64,000 nt of DNA, from assembly GCA_965203905.1 (NCBI GenBank), contig CBDBDQ010000005.1:4224001-4288000 (forward strand), read 5' to 3'. Source of the DNA: Spirochaetia bacterium (GTDB taxonomy: Bacteria > Spirochaetota > Spirochaetia > SZUA-6 > Bin103). The notes under the pieces are model-generated. The model made no database searches. It worked only from the letters and a program-made list of their open reading frames with translations, and was not told the origin of the DNA. Made by a program: the position numbers and the translations under genes. How positions within the stretch are numbered: position 1 is the stretch's first letter; every line of letters begins with the position of its first letter. Of the stretch, positions 48,094-57,730 are shown piece after piece.

Positions 48094-49404
48094 TCAGCGG
48101 GACGCGGGCAGCGCGGGGTCCGATGCGGCTGCCGCACGTGCAGCGGCGACCGCAAATCCGGGTTGCACCGCCACTCCATATCGCGGCAGCACCCGCTCCA
48201 TCGCCTGCAACAGGGCGCACACGGAGTCCAGGTTGGCGACGAAGCCCATCAGTCCCACCCGGCTCCCGGCGTAGCCCATCTCGGCGACCTCCTGCGAGCC
48301 GCCGGCGGTGGCGATGCCGTGCTCGCGCCACACGGTCTTCATGTATTCCTGGGTGGGGAAGGACGCGCCCGGCATCACCACGCAGGTGGAGCAGGAAGCG
48401 GCGATCGACTCGTCGGCCAGCACCGCCAGCCCCATGGCGCGCACGCCGGCACGCAGTGCGCGGCCGGCTGCAACGTGGCGCGCGATCACCCGTTCCGGCC
48501 CCTCGCGCACGATCTCGCGCAGCGATGCCTGCAGCGCCAGCAGCAGCGAGTAGGACTGGGACGGGCCGTGGGCCGCCTTGTAGGCGGTGATCGAGGTGTC
48601 GACGGCGGCGGGTTCGGCGGCAGCGTCGCTGGCAGTGGGCGCGGCGCCGGGCGGCCCGCCGTTCGCCTGCTCGCGCTCCTGCTGCAATCCGCGGTGCCAG
48701 GTGCGCCAGGTGACCAGGTCCAGGCACAGGCCGGGGATCGGGGTCGAGCGCTGTTTCGCCACCTTCCAGGCACGCGCTCCGACCGCCACGATGGCGATCC
48801 CCTGCGGCGCGTTGATGCACTTCTGGCTGCTGGAGCAGCAGATGTCGATGCCCCACTCGTCCACCCTCAGCGGCTCGGACGTCAGGGAGGAGACTGCGTC
48901 GACCAGGTAGAGCACGTGCGGAAACTCGGCCCGGATCATGGCGCCGATGTCGCGCACCGGGTTGAGCGTGCCCGCCGTGGTCTCCAGGTGCACCACGGCG
49001 AACATCCGGGCCTGGGGATGGTCGCGTAGCGCCTGGCGCGCCTGCTCCACGGTGAGCGAGCTGCCCGGCGGCAGCTTGACCTCAGCTGCCGTTGCACCGA
49101 CCACGCGTACCAGGTCGGTGAGCACCTGGCCGAACATGCCGGTGTTCACGGTGACGCATTGGTCGCCGGGCTCCAGGAAGGTGTTGAACGCCGCCTCCTC
49201 GCCGTAGGTGGCGGAGCCGACCGGCAGCAGCACGTCGCCTGCGGTGTGCAGGAGCCGGCGCAGCAGTGCCACGCACTCGCCTTCCACCTCCGGGAACGGC
49301 GGGTAGTAGATCGGGTCGGGCAGCGGCCGGCTCAGCGCCTGGCGCGCGGCGGGGTAGAGGTCGGTCTGTCCGCAGGAGAGGTTGAGGTACGGCGCGGTGC
49401 TCAT
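48094..49404 (-). CDS. PLP-dependent aminotransferase class V (alanine-glyoxylate/serine-pyruvate-like)
   Basis: VHLETTAG, VDAVSSL, SSSQKCINAPQG. Confidence 0.88.
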   Translation of the reverse strand: MSTAPYLNLSCGQTDLYPAARQALSRPLPDPIYYPPFPEVEGECVALLRRLLHTAGDVLLPVGSATYGEEAAFNTFLEPGDQCVTVNTGMFGQVLTDLVRVVGATAAEVKLPPGSSLTVEQARQALRDHPQARMFAVVHLETTAGTLNPVRDIGAMIRAEFPHVLYLVDAVSSLTSEPLRVDEWGIDICCSSSQKCINAPQGIAIVAVGARAWKVAKQRSTPIPGLCLDLVTWRTWHRGLQQEREQANGGPPGAAPTASDAAAEPAAVDTSITAYKAAHGPSQSYSLLLALQASLREIVREGPERVIARHVAAGRALRAGVRAMGLAVLADESIAASCSTCVVMPGASFPTQEYMKTVWREHGIATAGGSQEVAEMGYAGSRVGLMGFVANLDSVCALLQAMERVLPRYGVAVQPGFAVAAARAAAASDPALPASR

Positions 49405-49446
49405 AAACAGCGACTATGGGGATTGTCGCCCTGCACGGCAACTCCT

Positions 49447-50688
49447 TCAGGGTGCCGGGCCCGCCAAGACGTAGCCGTCACGTGCCACCGGGACGCCGTC
49501 GCGGATCACCGCGCGCACCTGCCGCAGTGCGCGAATATCGGCTCGCGGATCGGCGTCGAGGATGATGCAGTCGGCGCGCTTGCCCACCTCCAGCGTGCCG
49601 ACCTGGTCCTCCAGGCCCAACGCTGCGGCCGCGGTCGCGGTCGCCGCCTGCAGCACCGCGGCCGGCGTCATGCCGCCCAGTCCCACCATGGTCTCCAGGG
49701 TGCGCGCCAGGTCCACGAAGTTGGTGTCGACGATGCCCGCGTCGGTGCCGGCGATCACGGGGACGCCGGCCGCCACCAGGTCGCGGAAGGTGGTGAACCC
49801 GTCCCACGCCGGGTGCTGTGAGCCGGCCGCCTCCAGTTCCTCCAGCGGCCAGCGCTCGAAGCCGGCGATGGTCTTGCACACGAAGGTCCGGCGCGCGCGC
49901 ATCCGCTCCACCAGGTGCGGCCGGTAGTCCGTGCCGGGGCGGCCGCGCGCCAGCCAGCTGCAGTGCTCGATGCCGTCGCAACCGGCGCCGACGCAGCGTT
50001 CGATCCCCTCGGTGCCGTGGGCGTGGGCGGTGACGCGCAACCCGAGCCGGTGCGCGTCGTGCACGATCGCCTGCAGCTCCGCGAGGCCGTACTGCGCGGC
50101 GTTGGGGTTGGTGCCGCGGGTGCCGCCGCCGGTGGCCATCACCTTGATGAAGTCGGCTCCCGCCCGGTGCATGCGCCGCACCGCCCGGCGTACCGCAGTC
50201 TCCCCCTCGGCCTCGTTCTCCAGGAACCAGCAATGGCCGCCCGTGGTGGTGAGCGGCGCCCCGGCGGTAAGCACCCGCGGAGCGACCAGCAGGCGGTCGC
50301 GGACCGCCTGCGCCACGGGGATGATCACCTCCGCCAGGCCGCCGCAGTCGCGCACCGTGGTGACGCCGCGGCTCAGCGCCGCCCGCAGGTTGGCCACCGC
50401 GCGCACCGCGAGCCTGGCCGCCGGCCGACCGATCGCCGCGTACATCGGGTCCATGCCGTTTTCGACTCCGGCACCGCTCCACATCAGGTGCACGTGGCTG
50501 TCGATCAGCCCGGGGGCGATCACCTGCCCGGGGTAGTCGAGACGTTGCGCCGCGCCATGCGCCAGCCGCACGGCGGCGTCACCCGTCTCCACGATGACCC
50601 CATCCTCGACCAGCAGCGCCGCATCGGTGCGCGGCTCCGCGGCGGGGTTGCAGACCAGCAGCCGGCCGCGAATCAGGACTTGCGGCAC
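49447..50688 (-). CDS. Metal-dependent amidohydrolase
   Basis: PGLIDSHVH, GVTTVRD, IKVMATGG, AHAHG, IEH, AGTDAG, GKRAD. Confidence 0.9.
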   Translation of the reverse strand: MPQVLIRGRLLVCNPAAEPRTDAALLVEDGVIVETGDAAVRLAHGAAQRLDYPGQVIAPGLIDSHVHLMWSGAGVENGMDPMYAAIGRPAARLAVRAVANLRAALSRGVTTVRDCGGLAEVIIPVAQAVRDRLLVAPRVLTAGAPLTTTGGHCWFLENEAEGETAVRRAVRRMHRAGADFIKVMATGGGTRGTNPNAAQYGLAELQAIVHDAHRLGLRVTAHAHGTEGIERCVGAGCDGIEHCSWLARGRPGTDYRPHLVERMRARRTFVCKTIAGFERWPLEELEAAGSQHPAWDGFTTFRDLVAAGVPVIAGTDAGIVDTNFVDLARTLETMVGLGGMTPAAVLQAATATAAAALGLEDQVGTLEVGKRADCIILDADPRADIRALRQVRAVIRDGVPVARDGYVLAGPAP

Positions 50689-50882
50689 AGCCTGATCGGC
50701 TTCGTCGCCGTAGTCCGGCCCGCGGAGGTGCCCACCGGCGGCGTAGGGGGCGAATCAGTTGGGTCCAACAGCCCGTCGGAGCTCGTTTTCTCCCAATCAG
50801 ACCGATCGGTGCTTGCAGCCCACTCCGCCCACGCGGAGGAGTAGTGGTCGCCCAACTCGTCCACCGGTCGCAGTCGTGTCAT
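50673..50882 (-). pseudogene. Remnant of a MazE9-like antitoxin C-terminus
   Basis: LGDHYSSAWAEW....DWEKTSSDGL resembles the mycobacterial MazE9 tail; no RHH N-terminus and no toxin. Confidence 0.5.
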
Positions 50883-50893
50883 CACCGGCACCC

Positions 50894-51991
50894 TCACTCG
50901 GACAGTTCGAAGGGTGAGGGTTCCGGGCGGTTGATCACCTCCCAGCCGGTCACGTCGCCGCCGTGCCAGCGGTAGGGCATCGGCACCACGCGTGCGGAGC
51001 GATCGGCGAGCGGCAGCGCAACCCGGCGGTGGCCCTCCCGCGCCGACAGTTTCATGGCCGCCGCTATCTCCAGCACCTGTCGGAAGTCATGTCCGCTGCA
51101 CGGCGCCGGTCGCCCGTCACGCACCGCGTTCATGAGGCTGCCGACCACTCCCAGGAACGGCCCGCCCGCACGTTCGTCGGCGGTGGGCTCGTCCAGAAAC
51201 GCGGGCCGCACGGGGCGGGCCCGGGAGCCGCTTCCCTGCAGCAGCACGGTGCCGGCGGCGCCGGCGAGGTATACCGCGCCCCGCTCTCCGAACAGCGCGA
51301 GCTGATAGGCGCCGGCGGCCGGCATCTCACGGGCAGCGGTACAGACGTAGCCTCCGGGCATGCCCAGCGTGCCGTAGGCAGCGCAGTCGTCGTCGCCCGC
51401 GGCAGCCTCGTCCGGCACGGTCCAGCCCTCTACCCAGTCCACCTCGTCGCCGGTGACGAAGCGGAGATAGTTGAGGATGATGCAGCCCAGACCCGAGACC
51501 TGGTCGCCGTGCGCCAGGTAGCCGTCGGTGGCTGCCCCGGTGAGCCGGCCGATTGCGCCCTCGCGTATCCACGCGCCGATCCTGGCGATGTTGTGCACCT
51601 CCCAGTGCGCGGTGCCGCAGGCGAACGCCGCGCCGTGCCGCTCGCAGGCCGCCACCATCGCATCGGCATCGGCCAGCCGCGCCGCGACCGGCTTCTCGCA
51701 GGAGATGCCCTTGACGCCCGCCTCGGCGCAGGCGATCACCGCCGCGGGGGCCGCGCTCACCGGCAGGATGTTGGCCACCACCTCCGGCACCTGCCACGCC
51801 AGCAGCTCCTGCACCGTGTCGAACTGGTGGGGAATGCCGTAGTGCTCGGCGAACCGCTGGCGCCGGTCACGCGCCGTATCCACCAGCGCGATCAGCTCCG
51901 CCTCCGGGTGGTTGGCGTAGGCATAGGTGTAGCGGCGGCCCCAGTCGCCGCAGCCGCCGGCCACCGCGACCCGCAGTCGCTCCCGTTTCAT
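50894..51991 (-). CDS. Gfo/Idh/MocA family oxidoreductase
   Basis: VAVAGGCGDWG, CEKP motif. Confidence 0.88.
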   Translation of the reverse strand: MKRERLRVAVAGGCGDWGRRYTYAYANHPEAELIALVDTARDRRQRFAEHYGIPHQFDTVQELLAWQVPEVVANILPVSAAPAAVIACAEAGVKGISCEKPVAARLADADAMVAACERHGAAFACGTAHWEVHNIARIGAWIREGAIGRLTGAATDGYLAHGDQVSGLGCIILNYLRFVTGDEVDWVEGWTVPDEAAAGDDDCAAYGTLGMPGGYVCTAAREMPAAGAYQLALFGERGAVYLAGAAGTVLLQGSGSRARPVRPAFLDEPTADERAGGPFLGVVGSLMNAVRDGRPAPCSGHDFRQVLEIAAAMKLSAREGHRRVALPLADRSARVVPMPYRWHGGDVTGWEVINRPEPSPFELSE

Positions 51992-52974
51992 GGTGTTTTT
52001 CCGGCGACACGAGCACCGTCGCCCCAATCGTGCTCCAGCTCCTCCCACCGCGCGGGATCGATCCGCTGCCGGTAGGCGGCGACGTTCTGCGCCACCCGCG
52101 CCGGGGTCGAGAAGCCCAGCAGGATCGAGGCAAAGCGCGTCTCGCGCAGGCAGAAATGGAGGTTGAGGACGTGCAGATCGAGACCGCGCGCGGCGCACCA
52201 GTCGTACATCCACCTGGCGCGCCGCAGCCGGGGGGTCATCTCGACCCGCTCGGGCGCCACCCCGGCGGCACGCGCCGCGACCGCCACGGGATCCTCGCCG
52301 CCGAGCGCGCCGCTGAGCGCGCCGCTGAGCATGATCGAGGCGTTGAACACGCCCACGTCGGCCGCCACCGCCGGCTCCAGCACCCCGGCCAGCGCGGAGC
52401 GTTCGATCAGGTTGTAGTCGGCAAAGGTCAGCGACACGTCGAAGTCGCCGCTGGCGATGCACGCCCGGTGATGCGCGTGCGGCCGGCAGCCCAGGCCGAT
52501 GTGCCGCACCACGCCCTGCTCCTTGAGCGCCAGCAGCGCGTCACGGGCCGCGTGCGGCGCCAGCACCGGCTCGATCTCGGCCGGGTCGTGCACCAGCATC
52601 AGGTCCAGGTAGTCGGTCTCCAGTGCGCGCAGGCTCAGCTCGGTGCTCGCCATGATGGCGTCGTAGGAGTAGTCGTGCGGACGCCGGCGCGAGCCCGCCT
52701 TGCTCTCGATGATCAGTTCCTCGCGCCGGTGGCCACGACGGTACCACTCCTGCAGCGCGATTCCGATGTAGCGCTCGCTGTCGCCGCCGAGATAGGCGGC
52801 CGAGGTGTCGATCAGGTCGATGCCCGCCTCCAGCCCGGCCAGCACCGTATCCACGGCCACCTGCTCGTTGTGGCCGTCGCCGCGCCGGCCGAGCTGCGCC
52901 CCGCCGATTCCCAGCACCGGCACCTGCAGTTCCGTGCGCCCCAGCCGCCGCCGTTCGTACTCGATCGCTTCCAT
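51988..52974 (-). CDS. Aldo/keto reductase
   Basis: LGRTEL.V, IDTSAAY, SLRALETDYLDLMLVHDP. Confidence 0.9.
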   Translation of the reverse strand: MEAIEYERRRLGRTELQVPVLGIGGAQLGRRGDGHNEQVAVDTVLAGLEAGIDLIDTSAAYLGGDSERYIGIALQEWYRRGHRREELIIESKAGSRRRPHDYSYDAIMASTELSLRALETDYLDLMLVHDPAEIEPVLAPHAARDALLALKEQGVVRHIGLGCRPHAHHRACIASGDFDVSLTFADYNLIERSALAGVLEPAVAADVGVFNASIMLSGALSGALGGEDPVAVAARAAGVAPERVEMTPRLRRARWMYDWCAARGLDLHVLNLHFCLRETRFASILLGFSTPARVAQNVAAYRQRIDPARWEELEHDWGDGARVAGKTP

Positions 52975-53032
52975 CTCTCACCAGCATACCCGCCCGCGCC
53001 GTGCCGAGTAACGCCCGCGCCGGTGCCGCTCG

Positions 53033-54172
53033 CTACGGCAGCGCCAGTTCGCCGCAGAGGGTACGGAACGGCAAGACACGGGTGTCGGAGTGCTCGTCGC
53101 CGAAGTCTGCCGTACCGAGATGTACCTGGTAGAAACGTGGAATCTCGCTGCGTTCGCGCATGTAGCGGCAGGCCGGTGCCGCGCGGCGCTCGCCACTCTT
53201 GCACTCGACCGCGAATTCGGGGCGGCCGCCACGCAGCACCACGAAGTCGATCTCGCGTCCGTCGGTGTCACGCAGAAACCGCAGTTCCATCGCGTGCCCC
53301 TCGGTGTCTTCGACCAGGTGGCAGTACTTCAGCAGGTGTCCGGCCACCATGTTCTCGAAGCGGGGCCCGGGATCCTCCACCCGCGACCAGTCCCAGAAGT
53401 AGAGCTTGCGCTCCTTGCGCACGGCCCTGATCGGGGCCGAACCGAACGGCGCCAGCCGGTAGCAGAGGTAGAGCCGCTCGAACGCGGCAATCCAGCGCTC
53501 GACGCTCTCGTGCGATGCCTGCAGCAGTTTGCGCAGGCGGTTGACGGAGAGCGGCGCTCCGACGCAGGCGGGCAGGTGGGAGAGCAGCAGGTCCAGCCGC
53601 GACACCTCACGCACCTGCTCCAGATCGCGAAGATCTTCGTGCACCACCCGTGCGGATTGCTCGCGCAGCCAGCGCCGGTGGAAGCGCTCCTCGCCGCGCA
53701 GAAACGGTTCCGGAAAGCCGCCGAACCGCAACAGTTGTGCGACCGCATCGGCTTCGGTGTCCAGGCGGGCCTCCAGCAGCGTGAACGGATGCAGGCGGTA
53801 GTAGTGGTATCGGCCCTGCAGCGAGTCGCCGCCCTTGCGGTAGTAGTCGAGGCGGGCGGAGCCGGTTACCAGGAACGAGATCGAGGACCGGTGCTTGTCG
53901 TAGAGTCCCTTGATCAGGCCCCGCCAGGCGGCGTACTTGTGGAGTTCGTCGAAGATGAGGAGAGGCTGCCCCGGTGGCAGGCGCGCGGCCAGGATCTCTG
54001 CCCGGTCGACGGGATGGTCCCAGTTCAGGTAGGCCGGCGACGACTCGTCGCTGCCTGCTCCCAACTGCGACAGGGCGAACGTCGTCTTGCCCACCTGGCG
54101 CGGACCGCCCACGAACACCATACGGTCGGCGAGGTCCGCGGTCACGGCTTCCGCGAGGTATCGGGTGGTCAT
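53033..54172 (-). CDS. AAA+ ATPase (AAA_14 plus DUF4143)
   Basis: GPRQVGKTT, FDELHK, TGSARL, GGFPEP, KLYFWD, EIDF...VECK. Confidence 0.9.
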   Translation of the reverse strand: MTTRYLAEAVTADLADRMVFVGGPRQVGKTTFALSQLGAGSDESSPAYLNWDHPVDRAEILAARLPPGQPLLIFDELHKYAAWRGLIKGLYDKHRSSISFLVTGSARLDYYRKGGDSLQGRYHYYRLHPFTLLEARLDTEADAVAQLLRFGGFPEPFLRGEERFHRRWLREQSARVVHEDLRDLEQVREVSRLDLLLSHLPACVGAPLSVNRLRKLLQASHESVERWIAAFERLYLCYRLAPFGSAPIRAVRKERKLYFWDWSRVEDPGPRFENMVAGHLLKYCHLVEDTEGHAMELRFLRDTDGREIDFVVLRGGRPEFAVECKSGERRAAPACRYMRERSEIPRFYQVHLGTADFGDEHSDTRVLPFRTLCGELALP

Positions 54173-54328
54173 CGGTGCGCTCCCAACGCCATGAGTTTTT
54201 TCACGTATACCTGAATATACTCATGAGTGTTTTCTGGTCAACCGGAAAACGCTTACGAGACTGTCAGCGGCAGGGGCGATGGCTGGCAGTTGCGCTTCTG
54301 CTGCCCTTACGCGTGGTACAGTGCGCCG

Positions 54329-54775
54329 ATGGAGTCCTGCATCTTCTGCCGGATCGTTGCCGGAACGCTTCCGGCGAGCGTCGTATTCAGGGATGCCGCG
54401 GTCATGGCCTTCATGGATATCCAGCCCGTGACCGAGGGCCACACCCTGCTCATCCCGCTGGCGCACCGGCCGAACGTCGCCGACCTGGACGACGCTACGA
54501 CCGGACACCTGTTCGGGGTCGCCCGGCGCATCACCCAGGCGCTCTACGACGGGCTCGGATGTGCCGGCGTCAACTGGTTCGTCGCCGACGGAGAGGCCGC
54601 GGGGCAGGAAGTGTTCCATATGCACCTGCACCTGATTCCACGCAATCCGGGGGACGGCTTCGGACTGCGGTTCCCGCCGGACTACCGCCAACTCCCGGAG
54701 AGACAGGCCCTCGACCGTGCCGCCCACGCGATCAGCGGAGCGCTGGCCGACACGCCGCCGGCTACTGCTGACTGA
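54329..54775 (+). CDS. HIT family hydrolase
   Basis: CIFCRI, GHTLLIP, GQEVFHMHLHLIPR. Confidence 0.92.
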   Translation: MESCIFCRIVAGTLPASVVFRDAAVMAFMDIQPVTEGHTLLIPLAHRPNVADLDDATTGHLFGVARRITQALYDGLGCAGVNWFVADGEAAGQEVFHMHLHLIPRNPGDGFGLRFPPDYRQLPERQALDRAAHAISGALADTPPATAD

Positions 54776-54813
54776 GCGCCCAAACTAGCGGGCATCCTCG
54801 GGGTGCGAACTCA

Positions 54814-55426
54814 ATGAGAGGTCTTTTCCCCGCCATCGAGCCGTATGAGTACGGGAAACTGGATGTTGGCGACGGCATCCGCGTCTACTGGGAGACGTGC
54901 GGCAATCCGGGTGGCAAGCCGGCGCTGGTGGTGCACGGCGGGCCCGGTTCCGGCTGCTCGGAGTGGCACCGCAGATTGTTCGATCCGACGGCGTATCGCG
55001 TCGTGTTGTTCGATCAACGCGGCTGTGGACGAAGCACGCCGCACGCCGGTGCCCCGGCGACCGACCTGGAGTGCAACACCACCTGGAAGCTCATCGATGA
55101 CATGGAGGCGTTGCGCCGGTACCTGCAGGTCGACCGCTGGCTGGTGCTCGGCGGATCGTGGGGCAGCACGCTGGCCCTGGCCTACGCCGAACGCCATCCG
55201 CACCGCGTCTCCGAGTTGATCCTGTTCGGGGTGACGACCGGCCGCCACGCGGAATTCGACTGGTTGTTCCGCGGCGGCGTTGAACCGGGTCTGGCCGCGC
55301 GCCGAACTGGTAATCGTGGACGATTCCGGGCATGCGGCCGATGCCGCGATCAGCGAACGCCTGATACGCGCTACCGAACGATTCGCGATGGAAGGACACG
55401 GTCGTGCCTCCGACGATGCGGGGTGA
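54814..55426 (+). pseudogene. pip: Proline iminopeptidase with a large internal deletion and frameshift
   Basis: HGGPG, FDQRGCGRS and GGSWG up to ~55279, then the C-terminus (WPRAELVIVDDSGH...ATERFA) in another frame from 55280. Confidence 0.85.
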
Positions 55427-55427
55427 C

Positions 55428-55958
55428 GTGAAGTCGAGGCTCTTCATCAGACCAGCCTCGGTGGTGGACGCCGAGTTCGTCGCACGCATCTACGTCGATT
55501 CCTGGAATGCCTCATTCGGCGGACTGCTGTCGCGAACGGATCGAGCGGTTACGCCGGAACTGATCGGGCGCTGGCGGCGGGCTCTTTCCCGGCCTGTCCC
55601 GCACCGGACGTGGGTTGCCGAGCGCTCGGGCTCGATCATCGGATGCGCTGAAATCGGTCCGAGCCGCGATCCGGTGGATCCCTCGATCGGCGAGCTGTAC
55701 AGCATCTTCGTCAATGAGCCTTACTGGCGTACGGGAGTCGGCAGTGCGCTGATCGGCGTTGCTCACCGCCATCTCGTGCAGGACCGCTATCGCACGGCCA
55801 TACTTTGGACCGTTGCCGGCTACCGTCAGGGCATAGCCTTCTACGAAGCGATGGGGTGGCGTCGCGACAGTGGCATTCGAGACCAGGGGCGGCAGATCCG
55901 CTTCCGCGGCGAGCCGAGTCGGCTGCATCGCGCGACGGCGGGCGTGCAAGACCGTTGA
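55428..55958 (+). CDS. GNAT family N-acetyltransferase
   Basis: GELYSIFV...WRTGVGSAL; FYEAMGW. Confidence 0.82.
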   Translation: MKSRLFIRPASVVDAEFVARIYVDSWNASFGGLLSRTDRAVTPELIGRWRRALSRPVPHRTWVAERSGSIIGCAEIGPSRDPVDPSIGELYSIFVNEPYWRTGVGSALIGVAHRHLVQDRYRTAILWTVAGYRQGIAFYEAMGWRRDSGIRDQGRQIRFRGEPSRLHRATAGVQDR

Positions 55959-55989
55959 CTCAGGGCACCGGAACACACAGCCTTCCGCC

Positions 55990-56472
55990 ATGAGCAGCGA
56001 CGACATCCGGCAAGAACCAACCTTCGCCACCATCCAGGTCACGCGTGACTTCGATTGTCCGGTGAAGACCTTGTTCGCGCACTGGACCAGTCCCGAGACC
56101 CGGGTCCGCTGGGAAGCAGACCCCGCCAGCGGTATGCGCTATCTCAACTTCGACACGCGCGAGGGCGGAGTCGAACGCCTGGAGATCTCGAACCAGGGCC
56201 AGGTAGTGGGTGAGATGGTCCAGCACATCATGGTGCTGTGCGCAAACGAAGCGCTGGTGGCGTCGATCACCGGCCACTTCGGCGGCCGCATCACCATGGT
56301 GATGCAGGTGACCTGCCGCTTCGAGGCGACGGCGGACGGCAGCCGGCTGACCGGCACCAGCCAGGTGGTCGACCTGACCGGCCGCGACGTTACCGAAGAG
56401 CAGACGGCCGGGTGGAACATGATGCTGGAGAGCTTCGCCTCCGACCTCGCCGCGAATCCACTCTCCACGTAG
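55990..56472 (+). CDS. SRPBCC/AHSA1-START domain protein
   Basis: ATIQVTRDF.CPV..LF..W; FDTREGG; GWNMML. Confidence 0.8.
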   Translation: MSSDDIRQEPTFATIQVTRDFDCPVKTLFAHWTSPETRVRWEADPASGMRYLNFDTREGGVERLEISNQGQVVGEMVQHIMVLCANEALVASITGHFGGRITMVMQVTCRFEATADGSRLTGTSQVVDLTGRDVTEEQTAGWNMMLESFASDLAANPLST

Positions 56473-56519
56473 GGATCGGCAGAGCCGGAACCGCGGACCA
56501 GCCGTCCGGCACGATGGCG

Positions 56520-56812
56520 TCGCGGCGGCGCTGATCGCGCTCGGGGTCGGTGAAGTCGGGATCGGCGACCGGCGAGTTGCAGTCGAAGCCGCGCAGTTGC
56601 CAGCGTTCCAGGGACATGGACTCGAGCGCACGGTCGGCGGCGATGCGCACCTCCACCGGTACCTCCTTACCGTCATGCCAGAACAGGTTGCGGTCGCAGG
56701 CGAAGGTGAAGAGGTCGTACTCGTCGAACTGCCAGGCCACCTCGCAACCTTCCTCGTGCACCGCCTGCCAGTAGCCCTTGAAGCCGTCGTGGGCGATGTC
56801 TACGGGCGCCAT
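56520..56812 (-). pseudogene. C-terminal remnant of a right-handed beta-helix (pectin lyase-fold) protein
   Basis: DRNLFW....SLERWQ..GFD.NS.VADP.F.DP, a tail motif typical of such proteins; rest of gene absent. Confidence 0.5.
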
Positions 56813-57726
56813 GGCGGCACGTCCCAGGTGCGGCGCCAATTCCACTTCCACGCGACTTCCAGCGACGGCAGCGCGATCTCGTACCAGACGCCGGCGGTAA
56901 AGGGGAGGACGGTGGTGCGGTCGCCCACCTGGGCGCGGATCCACTCGATGAAGGCGTTGGCGTCGGTCACGTCCGGGGGCCAGGTGCCGTGGGGGATCGG
57001 GTCCGTCCTGCGGTCGGTGCGGTAGTGGGTCGGAATCAGGAATCTCGGCTGCACCCAATCGACGAGTTGCAGCAGGTGCCCGGTATGCTCTTCGCCGCGC
57101 CACTCGGTGAGGCCGGTCTTCATGTGCACCAGGTAGTCGACTCTTCCGGCGAGAGCCCGCAACTCGGGATAGGGCTCGTGCAGGTCTCCGGTGTGGTAGA
57201 TCGAGACGGAGGTCTGCCGGTCCGTGACCAGGTAGCCGCAGGTGGGGAGGTCGGGCGTGGCGTTTTCGCCGCTCTCGACCACCTCGACACTGATCCGTTC
57301 GAGGTCGAGCGCGGGGTTCGGCGGAAAGCGGCGGCCGGTGCCGATCAGGCTGCTGACGACCTCCGGGTAGACCACCTGCACGCGCTGCGCCGGAATGCTC
57401 CTGGTGATCGGCAGGTCGCGGGCAAAGGCGGCGTCGCCGTACACCTCCGCCAGCGGCTGCGCCGGGTTGACGCAGCCGGGGCTCACGTACAGCTTCTCGA
57501 ACCGCTCTCCCCGGCACAGGCGCCCGAGGGTAGGCGGATGGCAGTGGTCGAAGTGCTCGTGGCTGATGAAGAGGTAGTCGTAGACCGGCTTCGCGGCGCT
57601 CAACTCGGCGTCGAAGAAGTAGGGATCGAAGGCGAAGGCGACCTCCGCGAAGCGTGCCTCGAAGCTGCCGCAACCCGACCAGCGGAGCTGGAACGAGCGC
57701 TCGCCGGCGCGCGTTGCAGGCGGCAT
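56800..57726 (-). CDS. MBL-fold metallo-hydrolase
   Basis: ISHEHFDHC (HxHxDH), YHTGD, IPTHY. Confidence 0.85.
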   Translation of the reverse strand: MPPATRAGERSFQLRWSGCGSFEARFAEVAFAFDPYFFDAELSAAKPVYDYLFISHEHFDHCHPPTLGRLCRGERFEKLYVSPGCVNPAQPLAEVYGDAAFARDLPITRSIPAQRVQVVYPEVVSSLIGTGRRFPPNPALDLERISVEVVESGENATPDLPTCGYLVTDRQTSVSIYHTGDLHEPYPELRALAGRVDYLVHMKTGLTEWRGEEHTGHLLQLVDWVQPRFLIPTHYRTDRRTDPIPHGTWPPDVTDANAFIEWIRAQVGDRTTVLPFTAGVWYEIALPSLEVAWKWNWRRTWDVPPWRP

Positions 57727-57730
57727 GTGC

